Source: a virus
Direction: 5' to 3' (one strand)
Virus record (IMG/VR): IMGVR_UViG_3300044692_000050
Span: 1 to 64,000 of that record
Length of the DNA: 64,000 nucleotides
Under the pieces are notes generated by a model. It made no database searches. It saw nothing but the letters and a program-made list of their open reading frames with translations, and was not told the DNA's origin. A program made the position numbers and the translations under genes. Position 1 is the first letter of the stretch; each line of letters begins with the position of its first letter. This document shows, piece by piece, positions 36,702-45,610 of the stretch.

Positions 36702-37769
36702 TCAGGGGCGGTCATGCTGGCCCCCGTACTTCCCAACGTGCCGCAGGGCCTCTGTCGCGCAGCGCCGGGCATCGCGGTGCACCTCGCTTCCGCCGAACCT
36801 GACAATGCGCCATCCGGACTCTTCGAGTAGGCGCTGGCGCTGCCGGTCCCTGGCGATATCCGTCGGGCTGGAATGCGTAGCATGCCCGTCGATCTCAAAC
36901 CCGACCTTGACGCCGGGACCGACTCTCTCCGTCAATGCGAAGTCCAGGAAGAAGTTCCTTCCCTTGACAGTGACCGGGAACTGCGGCGCGAGGATGGCGG
37001 CCAGATCGGGCGGCCACACGTCCTTGCATGCCCGCAAGAACATCTGCTCGACAGGAGAGCCGAGGGCAGGGCCGGCCGCCGTGACGGAGAACAGGGTCAG
37101 GCGGAAGGCTCCCTTGTGGCTGGCCGACAGGAGCGCGAGGCGCGTGCCGCAGGCGCAGACCATCGTGATGACGTTGTAGCCCCCGCAGGTCTCCAGGGGA
37201 TTGCTGGGTTCGTAGCGCCTTTGATCCGGATGAGCGAAGACGTTCGCGCCGACGCCGCCCGCGATTGAGCTGTCACCGCAGCGCGGGCAGAGCAGGTCCC
37301 CATCTGGAGAGAACCTGAGAGGCCGCTTCGCCCATACCCAGGAACCCGGCTCCCCTTCCGGTGGCCCCCAGGCCGCGGGCCATGCGGGGAAGTCCGGGTG
37401 TAGCCGGTACGACTTTCCGTTGCCGACCGCGGGCGTTTCCTCGGCAGGGTCCCCGTCGGCCACCTCATCGGCGTACCGTCCATCGCGAAGCCAGCTCGAC
37501 GCATGGGGGATGTACTTGGTTTCGGTGCCGTTCTCACGGCATTTGACAGCGAACCGCCTGGCCGCGTCGATGATCTCGTCGGAGTTGCCGCTCTTGCGGG
37601 TCACCCGCTGCCACAGCCTCTGCGCGCCCGCCTTGCCGATCTTGCGCGGGTAGGCAGCCCAGAACTCATCGAACTTCGGGTCGGGCGTCGTGCGGCGACG
37701 TCGCCCTGCCGACGCCTCGACGGGGATCACGCTGAGCCCGTAGTTGGGATCACTCTCGCTGGGGGTCAT
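36702..37769 (-). CDS. Fusion: replication-protein C-terminal domain + Zn ribbon + DUF559 endonuclease
   Basis: FDEFWAAYPRKIGK...IPHASSWLRDGRY; CPRC; SPVE...LDFA..GFEIDGH..H...DRQRQR.L...GWRIVRFGGSEV. Confidence 0.82.
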   Translation of the reverse strand: MTPSESDPNYGLSVIPVEASAGRRRRTTPDPKFDEFWAAYPRKIGKAGAQRLWQRVTRKSGNSDEIIDAARRFAVKCRENGTETKYIPHASSWLRDGRYADEVADGDPAEETPAVGNGKSYRLHPDFPAWPAAWGPPEGEPGSWVWAKRPLRFSPDGDLLCPRCGDSSIAGGVGANVFAHPDQRRYEPSNPLETCGGYNVITMVCACGTRLALLSASHKGAFRLTLFSVTAAGPALGSPVEQMFLRACKDVWPPDLAAILAPQFPVTVKGRNFFLDFALTERVGPGVKVGFEIDGHATHSSPTDIARDRQRQRLLEESGWRIVRFGGSEVHRDARRCATEALRHVGKYGGQHDRP

Positions 37770-37800
37770 ACTGCTGGCCTCCTGCTCCTGGCCTGGGGTT

Positions 37801-37966
37801 TTATCATTTTGATAATCGCCTACGCTGCCGGTTTCGTCATGCCTGCCGAGCGCAGGGCCTCCAGCGCCGCCGCCTCCATCGCGGCATTATCATTTTGATA
37901 ATCGTTCGGGGCCGAATCATTATCACTTCGAGAATCCGACCCCCCTGGCTCTATCAAATTGATAAT
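37801..37966. repeat. Four palindromic repeats TTATCA-N3-TGATAA
   Basis: Copies at 37801-37815, 37886-37902, 37919-37935 (degenerate) and 37951-37966. Confidence 0.85.
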
Positions 37967-38614
37967 GCCCGCATCCTCAGTGACCTGCGAAGCTTGACGC
38001 TCGTCTTCAGGCTGTGTTAGTACAACGTGGTCTGGAATTACCGCGCTCTGACCCTTGGCCTTCACTAGAGGGTCGGTCCCCCAGAGGCGGTAGGCACTGG
38101 GCTTCGGAACTCCGGCCCGCACCGCGAAGCTGACATAATCCGCCTCGCTCCCGACGGGGACCTGGACTCCCTCAAAGGCAGCCAGGATGCGGATCTTCAG
38201 CAGTCCCATCTTCAGGTCCGAGTTCATCAGCCCCGTGACGCTCGCCTTGAGTTCCAGCATCTCCCAGCGCAGCCGCTCAACTTGCCTGTCCAACTCCCTG
38301 ATCTGGGCGCGCTCTGCGGCGTTGGACCGAACCTTGCGCTTCATCTCATACTCGGGCGTGCCGTAGGGGCCGAGAAACTCCTCGGACATACCGAGGCCGA
38401 GGAGTGCGGCGCGGACTACCTCGTCGTCGCAGCCGCCATGGCAGCAGAACACGACGGGGATCGCGTCGCCGGGCGCGATGGCGAATGACCGGCGCCGGTC
38501 GGCGTGCCCCGGAACGGGGCAGCGGGCGTAGTACTGGCCAGGCTTAGAGCCGGGAATAGCGCTCGGCAGGTAGCGCAGCACTTCGCTTGCGAACCACTGC
38601 GGGACAGCAACCAC
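37820..38614 (-). CDS. Primase-type Zn-finger plus HTH-like protein (paralog B)
   Basis: CPVPGHADRRRSF...CCHGGC...ALLGLG...RAGVPKPSAYR; homologous to 10503..11069. Confidence 0.75.
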   Translation of the reverse strand: MVAVPQWFASEVLRYLPSAIPGSKPGQYYARCPVPGHADRRRSFAIAPGDAIPVVFCCHGGCDDEVVRAALLGLGMSEEFLGPYGTPEYEMKRKVRSNAAERAQIRELDRQVERLRWEMLELKASVTGLMNSDLKMGLLKIRILAAFEGVQVPVGSEADYVSFAVRAGVPKPSAYRLWGTDPLVKAKGQSAVIPDHVVLTQPEDERQASQVTEDAGIINLIEPGGSDSRSDNDSAPNDYQNDNAAMEAAALEALRSAGMTKPAA

Positions 38615-38798
38615 ACACTCTCCGTCCTATCGGGTGAGAACGGAGAAAAACGTCCCGAAATGTTCCCGCGCGCCCTTGAAGCGGGCCGGCCTTGCGCGGG
38701 TACACTATGGGTGGCTGAATGTTCTTCAACGTTCTCGCGATGGCCCGGCGCCTATGAACGCCGGGCCTCGCTGCTGTAAAGGGTAATGCGCCCCTGCC

Positions 38799-38999
38799 CT
38801 ACTCGGGCAGGTCGAACTCGCCGCGCTTGGCGCCCGCGAGGAAGCACTCCCACTCGTGCCGGGTGAACACGTGCGGGGCCTTGCTGCGGTCCTTGGTGTC
38901 GCGGACGCCTACCTCGTCGCCGCGGAACGCCACCTCGACGCAGCCGATGTCGTTGCTGCTGTCGCTCTTGAACCAGTGCGCGTCGTTCCAGTCGTTCAT
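38799..38999 (-). CDS. DUF397 protein
   Basis: WFKSDSS...CVEVA...VGVRDTKD...FTRHEW..FLAGAKRGEFD. Confidence 0.93.
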   Translation of the reverse strand: MNDWNDAHWFKSDSSNDIGCVEVAFRGDEVGVRDTKDRSKAPHVFTRHEWECFLAGAKRGEFDLPE

Positions 39000-39559
39000 G
39001 CCGCGTGCTCCCTCTCGGTGATGTTGTTTGCTGCCACGTACTCGGCCAAAGGTGCCGCGAGCCTGAGTGCGTCGTCGCGCTCCGCGCAGAACCATGCCAA
39101 CTCGCGTTCATTACGGGTCATCTCGACTCGCACCACTTCCCCGCCGTCGTAGACGAGGATGGCCGCGAGGTCGTCATCGAACAGCCAGTAGTCGTAGGAC
39201 GCGAGCCATTCCTCGTACGCCCTCTCACGACCTAGGACGCGTACGTCCTCACCCGCCTCCACCGAGGCCGGGGAAGCGTGCAGCAGGGAGAACCGGACAT
39301 AGTTCGTGACCGGCTCTGTCACGACCTTGACCCGCTGCATGGTGCGGCCGGATGCGCGGACCTCGCGGACGAGCTTCTTCCACGGCTCGCGCCATGCCGG
39401 GTCCACTGGCTGCCCGGCGAGGAACTGCGCGAAGGGCACCGTCTCGTTGTCGGCGGCGTAGTAGTCCAGCGTCTCTATGCGGAAGACGCGCCGCTTGAAC
39501 AGGCCGGTGAACTCCTGTCCTAGCTGTTCAAGCGTGGTCACGTTGTTCAGAGTGCTCAC
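38996..39559 (-). CDS. DUF6879-like protein
   Basis: FRIETLDYY...W...V...G..MQRV.VV.EP.T.Y...AGEDVR...DYWLFDD. Confidence 0.8.
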   Translation of the reverse strand: MSTLNNVTTLEQLGQEFTGLFKRRVFRIETLDYYAADNETVPFAQFLAGQPVDPAWREPWKKLVREVRASGRTMQRVKVVTEPVTNYVRFSLLHASPASVEAGEDVRVLGRERAYEEWLASYDYWLFDDDLAAILVYDGGEVVRVEMTRNERELAWFCAERDDALRLAAPLAEYVAANNITEREHAA

Positions 39560-39620
39560 ATCACTAGGCTAGCCCCTGACTTTCATTGAGGCCAGCCTTA
39601 CACTGACTTAAATGACTTAA
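39560..39620. promoter_or_regulatory. Divergent promoter region with TGACTT repeats
   Basis: Three TGACTT copies; TAGCCT-N6-GTG leaderless on minus strand. Confidence 0.6.
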
Positions 39621-39638
39621 CCCTTTGGGAGCGCGAGC

Positions 39639-40478
39639 ATGAGCCACCCGCCGTCACCGTCACAGCAGCGGCTTACCTCCATCCTCAGGGGCCTGCGCGA
39701 ACGCTCCGGGTTGAGCACCTACGCCCTCGGGAGTGCGCTCGGGTGGAGTCAATCCAGGGTGAGCCGCATTGAACGCGGTGAGGGCAAGGCGGCCAGCGTC
39801 GAGGAGGTCCAGGCGTGGGCCGATGCGACCAGCGCCGACACTGCGACCCATGCTGAGCTGGCCGCGCTCGCGGAGCAGGCATGGGACGAGACCCGGTCGT
39901 GGCGCGCTTCGCACCGCGGCGGTCTCGCTGCCCGGCAGCGCGAGATGGGCGAGTACGAGCAGCAAGCTACCGAGATCCTCCAGTTCACCCCCGCCACCAT
40001 CCCCGGCCTGCTTCAGTCCCCCGCCTATGCCCGGTCGGTCATGACCTTCGGGGATGTCACCAGTCAGGGCGGCATAGACGAGGCCGTAGCGGCGCGCATG
40101 AGGCGCCAGGGCGTGCTCCGCGACGAGGGCCGCAGGTTCGAGTACCTGCTGACCGAGGGCGCGCTCCGCTGGAATCCAGGGCCGCCCGAGGTCGCTGCCG
40201 AGCAACTCGCGCACCTTCTCGCCGCCGCGAAGCTCCCCGCCGTCTCGCTGTCGGTCATCCCGTTCAGCCGCCGCCCGGCCGGCGTGTACCTGCACCCCTT
40301 CACGATCTACCGCATCCCTGACGCCCCGGCTGTGCTGGTGGAGAACTACCACGCTGAGAGCTTCATCGCGGAACCCGGCAGTCTTGCCATCTACGAGCGG
40401 ACGTTCGCCATGCTGCTCGCTTCCGCCGTGACCGGTGATGAGGCGGCCGAGTTCATGCGGGCCGTTCTTCTCGGTTAG
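39639..40478 (+). CDS. XRE-DUF5753 regulator (Scr1/WhiJ-like)
   Basis: LRERSGLS...SQSRVSRIERG; IPGLLQSPAYA; ARMRRQ..L; L.EGALR. Confidence 0.92.
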   Translation: MSHPPSPSQQRLTSILRGLRERSGLSTYALGSALGWSQSRVSRIERGEGKAASVEEVQAWADATSADTATHAELAALAEQAWDETRSWRASHRGGLAARQREMGEYEQQATEILQFTPATIPGLLQSPAYARSVMTFGDVTSQGGIDEAVAARMRRQGVLRDEGRRFEYLLTEGALRWNPGPPEVAAEQLAHLLAAAKLPAVSLSVIPFSRRPAGVYLHPFTIYRIPDAPAVLVENYHAESFIAEPGSLAIYERTFAMLLASAVTGDEAAEFMRAVLLG

Positions 40479-40484
40479 TTCCTG

Positions 40485-40513
40485 TTGACCCTGACTCAAG
40501 TCTGACTTACGCT
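40485..40513 (+). promoter_or_regulatory. Promoter of the transfer operon with TGACT repeats in spacer
   Basis: TTGACC-CTGACTCAAGTCTGACT(17)-TACGCT. Confidence 0.7.
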
Positions 40514-40559
40514 TGCATCAGGTGGGCATCGTGCTCACCGGAGACCAAGTGGAGCCGAC

Positions 40560-40853
40560 ATGACGACCGGGCTACGCCCAGCCGCACCGAGCGCAGTCAG
40601 CCGCAAGAAGGACACGCGCCTGTTCGTCCCGGTGCGCGAAGCCGCCGACGCGCTCGGCGTATCGCGGTCGACCGTCATGCGGGCCAACGCGAAGGGCCAG
40701 TTCCCGCTCGTCAAGATCCTCGGCACATGGCGCACGCCACGCCGCTTCATCGATGACTTCCACCGCGCAGCCCTGCACAGCAAGGTCATCGTGCTGGAGG
40801 AGTACGCGGCCGAGTGGATGGAGCGCAACCCGGTCGCTGAGGCAGTGGCGTAG
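40560..40853 (+). CDS. Excisionase-like HTH (HTH_17-like)
   Basis: VPVREAADALGVSRSTVMR...GQFPLVKILGTWRTPR. Confidence 0.8.
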   Translation: MTTGLRPAAPSAVSRKKDTRLFVPVREAADALGVSRSTVMRANAKGQFPLVKILGTWRTPRRFIDDFHRAALHSKVIVLEEYAAEWMERNPVAEAVA

Positions 40854-41102
40854 ATGCCCGCGCAGACCCCCGCAAACGACTTCGGCCCCGGTGCTGTGAA
40901 CACCGGAGCCGAGATGAGCCGTACCCGCCAATCCGCATCAGCAAGGAGCGAACTCAATGGGGACGATAACACACCTCGCCGACTATCAGGCTCAGCGCCA
41001 CACCCCGATCCCTTCATGGGTAACCGGTCCCCTGACTCCCGCTCAGCTCCTGTTCATCCAGCTGGGCAACGAGCAGTACGCGATGCAGCAGGCGGCGACG
41101 TC

Positions 41103-41669
41103 ATGACCCCCGAGCCCTGGCTGGCCGCCAGCCTCGCCCGCATGGCCTCCCTGGATCTGTCCCCCCGGCACATCCTCGGCGAGATCCGCCTCCGCGAGGA
41201 GATGCAGCGCACCGCCACCGAGCCGGGTCTCGCTGAGCGCATCCTCGCCCGTTCCCCGCTCGCTCCTGGCGCGTCTCCCGCACCGAACCCCCGCCGTGAC
41301 GGCGGACGTGCCATGGAGCGAGCGCTGAAGGACGAGGGGCGCGCCAACCCTGCAGGCGCGCCCCTCCCCGAGCCTGACGTAGCCGCCCGCCTCGACGCCC
41401 AGTCCGTAGCCGAGCTTGAGGCTGTCGAGGTGGACGCGGAGAACGCCGAGTGCGAGCACCGCTCCCTCATCGCCCTGGCGAACACCCTCGCTGAACTAGC
41501 TGGGTGCGTCATCGACATCGCCACCGGGGACCTGGACACGGCCCGCGAGTTCCACCTCGAAGCCTCCATGGCGTCCGTGGACGCGGCTCCGCCCGGCACC
41601 CGTGAGGGCGAGGCGCTGGCCACCCTGCTGGACTTCGCCGGCAACGAGATCACCCGGAGGGCCGCCTGA
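41103..41669 (+). CDS. Hypothetical protein
   Basis: Helical ORF in rightward operon. Confidence 0.55.
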   Translation: MTPEPWLAASLARMASLDLSPRHILGEIRLREEMQRTATEPGLAERILARSPLAPGASPAPNPRRDGGRAMERALKDEGRANPAGAPLPEPDVAARLDAQSVAELEAVEVDAENAECEHRSLIALANTLAELAGCVIDIATGDLDTAREFHLEASMASVDAAPPGTREGEALATLLDFAGNEITRRAA

Positions 41670-42091
41670 TGGCCCGCAACGCCTTCAGCGCCTCCGACGC
41701 CAAGCAACTCACCTTCCAGCAGGTCGTGAAGCTCGGCCTCGCCCAGAAGGACGACGCCCAGCGTGACAGCGACGACGAGGAATGGGAGGACGAGTGATGG
41801 CCCGCGACCCGCTCCTCAAGGCCCTGCGCGGAATCAAGCGCGACGCGAATCGTGACATCCAGCTCGGCCGGGACAACGACGGCGACGAGGCGAACCAGCG
41901 CTGGCACCTCGCCGACGACGGCCTGCGCGCCGCGCGTCCCCGCCGCTGCCCCTCCTGGGTCTGCGGCCAGGGACGGAAGTCATGAAGCCCCGCCCCATCC
42001 AGGACCGGACCTGGGTTACCGAGGCGGACCCGGCCCTGTCCCGCGAGGACGGCCCGCTGCAGGTGCTGAGCACCAAGAAGGGCGGCACGTC

Positions 42092-42709
42092 ATGAGCCGC
42101 ATGAGCCGCGCCGACCGCGCCGCATGGAGGTCGGCGCGGACCCTGGCCGATCTCGGCCGCCTCGGCGCGCAGTGGCTGGAAGGCGACCTCGCCATGCAGC
42201 CCGCCTGGCGCGCAGGTCCCGACGAGGAGACGCAGCCGCTGATCCCGGCGCTCGCCGCGCTCAACCGGGCCGGGTTCTACACGACCGCCAGTTCACCCGG
42301 CGACGACGGCACGTGCTCCGGCAACGTGCACTGGCGGCAGCGGGCGGCTGTCGAGGGCTTCGCCGACGCTGACCTCGCGGGGCGCCTGTACCTGGCGGCC
42401 CATGAAGCGGGCCTCATCACCGTCACCCATGACCCGGCCACGCTGCCCCGCAAGCACTGGGACAAGGCCCTGGAGATTGCGGTGACCGAGCGGGACGGCA
42501 GCCCCTACACCTGGTTCGGCCAGCAGTGGTCCCGCCGCGAGATCCGTTCACGCCGGCACTGGGGCACCTGCCGCCGCGCCGCGCAGGACGCCCTGTGCTC
42601 AGCGTGGCAGGTAACCATCGTGGACCCGGAGTGGGTCCGCGAAGACCTGCTATGGGACGTCCTGGCCCAGGTCGCTGACGCACGCACCCCGGCCGAGGTG
42701 GTGCCGTGA
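42092..42709 (+). CDS. DUF6919-like protein (seen in actinomycete ICEs)
   Basis: W..ARTLADLG.L.A.WLEG...PDEET..L...L..LNRAGF.T..S.PG...QRAAVEGF...DPEW. Confidence 0.75.
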   Translation: MSRMSRADRAAWRSARTLADLGRLGAQWLEGDLAMQPAWRAGPDEETQPLIPALAALNRAGFYTTASSPGDDGTCSGNVHWRQRAAVEGFADADLAGRLYLAAHEAGLITVTHDPATLPRKHWDKALEIAVTERDGSPYTWFGQQWSRREIRSRRHWGTCRRAAQDALCSAWQVTIVDPEWVREDLLWDVLAQVADARTPAEVVP

Positions 42710-42915
42710 ATCTCCGCGTCGTCCTGTCCGCGGTCCTGTCCGGCGTGCTGATGACCGCCCTGGGCCACCCGGCCCCCAGCCCGGACCCGGCCACCGTCCT
42801 GCCCGTCCTGACCGCCGCCGCAGCCGTGGCGCTCGCCTGCGCCGTCCTGGCCTGGGCCGCGACCAGGGTCATCCACCGCTACTGCACGCGCCGGTACCTG
42901 CCGGCCATCACCTGA
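42706..42915 (+). CDS. Small 2-TM membrane protein (Spd-like candidate)
   Basis: Two hydrophobic segments; upstream of translocase. Confidence 0.55.
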   Translation: MNLRVVLSAVLSGVLMTALGHPAPSPDPATVLPVLTAAAAVALACAVLAWAATRVIHRYCTRRYLPAIT

Positions 42916-42927
42916 GAGGACACCGAC

Positions 42928-43140
42928 ATGGGCCTGTTCGGCAACAGGAACGCCAACCCCAAGTACAGCCGCATCGACTCATCGACCGGCCGCAACAAGC
43001 GGGACAAGAGCCCCCGCCGCGAGACCAGGGTGAACCCGCCGCCCCGCCAGATGGGCACTGCCAAAGTCGTGGACCGCGCCGCGTGGCGGCGCAGTCAGAG
43101 GACCGGCCGGCCGATCCAGCGCAAGACCTGGGGATGGTAG
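42928..43140 (+). CDS. Small basic protein
   Basis: GAGAGGA RBS; R/K-rich. Confidence 0.55.
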   Translation: MGLFGNRNANPKYSRIDSSTGRNKRDKSPRRETRVNPPPRQMGTAKVVDRAAWRRSQRTGRPIQRKTWGW

Positions 43141-43176
43141 TCCCCCGGCACCCGACATCCCTGACTGGAGAATGAA

Positions 43177-45594
43177 GTGAGCGAGCAGGAACGCCCGGAC
43201 GTGCCGGACTGGGCAGAAGCCGGGGAAGATGAGGCGCTTGAGGGTGTCGTCGTCCCGCTGCGCCCCGGCGCGCCCGAGCACGCTCTCGCCCCGTCGCCAC
43301 GCCACTCCGCACCCGGCCAGCCAGGCGAGCTCCGGCAGATCATCCCCGGCCAGTTCCGCTCCTGGGACGCGTTCCGCAAGCACTACGGCTGGCACCTGCA
43401 CCGCGCCGGGCATCACGCCGCCTACCACCTGTTCCCGTCACGGGCGATAACCCGGCTCGTCAACACCCTGCGGTATGCGGCAGTCGGCATCGGGAAGTTG
43501 CTGGTCGCGCTGATCGCCTGGTGGCACGTCGCCGAGCAGGCCTACCTGCGCAACGAGGCGGTCGCCGCGAACGACCCCCGGACTTACCTGCAACTGCAGA
43601 AAAACGGCAAGGAATCCCGCCTGACCCGCGGACTGGTCCTGCTCGCCTGCCTCGCCGCCGCGGTCCTCGCCGGCGCGCTGATCACCGTTCACGTCCCGCT
43701 GGCGTGGATCCCGATCGGCTGCGTCGCCGTCCCGCTGCTGGCCTGGGCCGGGCGTCCCGCCGACAAGCCCATCCTCGACTCTGCTGTCACCCCGGTCCAC
43801 CTCGAGCCGCTGTCCCGCGAGGTAATCGTCCGTGCACTGAGCACCCTGGGCATCGGCGAGCTCACCAAGGCCATCGGCAGGGATCCCGAGCGCGCCGTGG
43901 TCCTAGTCGACCCGATCGTCCGCGACGGGCCCGGCTGGCTGGCCCGCCTCGACCTGCCGCACGGCGTCACCGCGTCGGCGGTCATGGACAAGCGCGAAGA
44001 ACTCGCCTCCGGGCTGCGCCGCTCCATCGGCTGCGTGTGGCCCGAGAACGAGCGCAGGCGCCACCCCGGCGCCCTGAGCCTGTACGTGAGCCACGAGGAC
44101 ATGTCGCAGGCCTCTCAGCCGTCCTGGCCGCTGGCCAGGCGCGGCGCGGTGGACATGTTCCGGCCGGTCCAGTTCGCCACCGACCAGCGCGGCAAGCCGA
44201 TCACGATCACGCTCATGTTCGTGTCCATCATCATCGGGAGCGTCCCGAGGATGGGCAAGACGTTCCTGCTGCGCCTGCTGCTGCTGATCGCCGCCCTCGA
44301 TGTCCGCGCCGAGCTCCACGTCTACGACTTCAAGGGGACTGGTGACCTGGCAGCCCTGCGCGCGGTGGCGCACCGTTACCGGGTCGGCGACGACGAGGAC
44401 GACATCGAGTACTTCGTCGCCGACATGCGCGCCCTGCGCGAGGAGCTGCGGCGGCGGACCAAGGTGATCCGCGAGATCGCCGAGAAGCAGCCGGCGCTGT
44501 GCCCGGAGAACAAGGTGACCCCGGAACTGGCCAGCCGTAAGGATCTCGGCCTGCACCCCATCGTGATCGCCGCCGACGAGTGCCAGGTGCCGTTCACGCA
44601 CCCCGGTTACGGCAAGGAACTGGTGGAGATCGCCACCGACCTCGCCAAGCGCGGCCCGGCTCTGGGCATGATCGAGGAACTGGCGACCCAGCGCCCGGAC
44701 GCCAAGGCCATCCCGCGTGACATCAGCGCCAACGCCGTCCTGCGGATGTGCCTGAAGGTCATGGGTCACATCGAGAACGACATGATCCTCGGCCAGTCGG
44801 CACACAAGAACGGCTACAAGGCCACCATGTTCGACTTCGATGACAAGGGCATCTTCTACTTCTCCGGCGAGGGCAGCGCGCCGCGGATCTGCCGCAGCTT
44901 CGAGATCGACGGCCCGGCCGCCACGAAGATCGCCGCCCGCGCCCGCGCCATGCGGGAGCAGGCCGGCCGGCTGACCGGCTACGCGCTCGGCCAGGATCAG
45001 GCCGAAGAGGTCCGCTCGTTCCTCGCTGACGTGCTGGACGTGTTCGGCGCTGACGCCAAGCTGTGGCTGACGACGATCGCCGACCGGCTGCACGGCCACG
45101 TCTCGGGCGCCTACCCGGACATCACCCCGGAGGCGGTGGCGAGCCAGCTCCGCGCCCTGAACGTGACCGTGAAGGACGTGCGGGAGCCGGGCCAGGCGGT
45201 GCGCAAGGGCTGCGAGTGTACGGGCGTGCTCGCGGCGATGGGTGATGCGGTCCCGTCCGACCCGCCGCCTGCGCCCCGCCCGGTGCCGCAGCGAGCGCGC
45301 GCCGATGCCGTGCCGGATCCCGAAGCGCCCGCGCCGGCGGATGACTGGCCGCACGACTTCCAGGATCTGCTCCTCCATGCCGCCGAGCTCATCATCACCA
45401 CCCAGCACGGCTCAAAGCAGATGCTGCAGCGCAAGCTCCGGGTCGGGTTCGACCTCGTGGCCCGGATCATGGCCGAGCTCCAGGCCGCGAGGATCGTCGG
45501 ACCGGAGAACGGCACGCCGGCGCGGGATGTCCTGAAGCGTCCGGAGGAGCTTGAGGTGACTCTTGAGATGTTGCGGGGAGCGGTCCATGCCTAG
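43177..45594 (+). CDS. traB: FtsK/SpoIIIE-family DNA translocase, TraB-like, with extra FtsK-gamma domain
   Basis: N-terminal TMs; Walker A [9 protein letters not shown]; Walker B IAADECQ; ATQRPD; TraB-type wHTH, then [14 protein letters not shown]...IVGP gamma domain. Confidence 0.9.
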   Translation: [805 protein letters not shown]

Positions 45595-45610
45595 CCTCGT
45601 CCCCGTTTTG

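Noticed and set aside
33760-38520. Additional CCGGAACGG copies near 33761 and 38509
   Set aside because: Single copies inside coding sequence without the twin-hairpin/RBS context; likely chance
40883-40911. Hairpin CGGCCCCGGTG-CTGTGAA-CACCGGAGCCG as a terminator
   Set aside because: No U-tract and the operon continues; a similar hairpin lies near 27925-27950, but no function can be supported from sequence alone
43903-45408. Long antisense ORFs (e.g. 501 aa opposite traB, 373 aa opposite the XRE at 33802)
   Set aside because: Shadow frames expected in high-GC DNA; no motifs, and the opposite strand has clear family signatures
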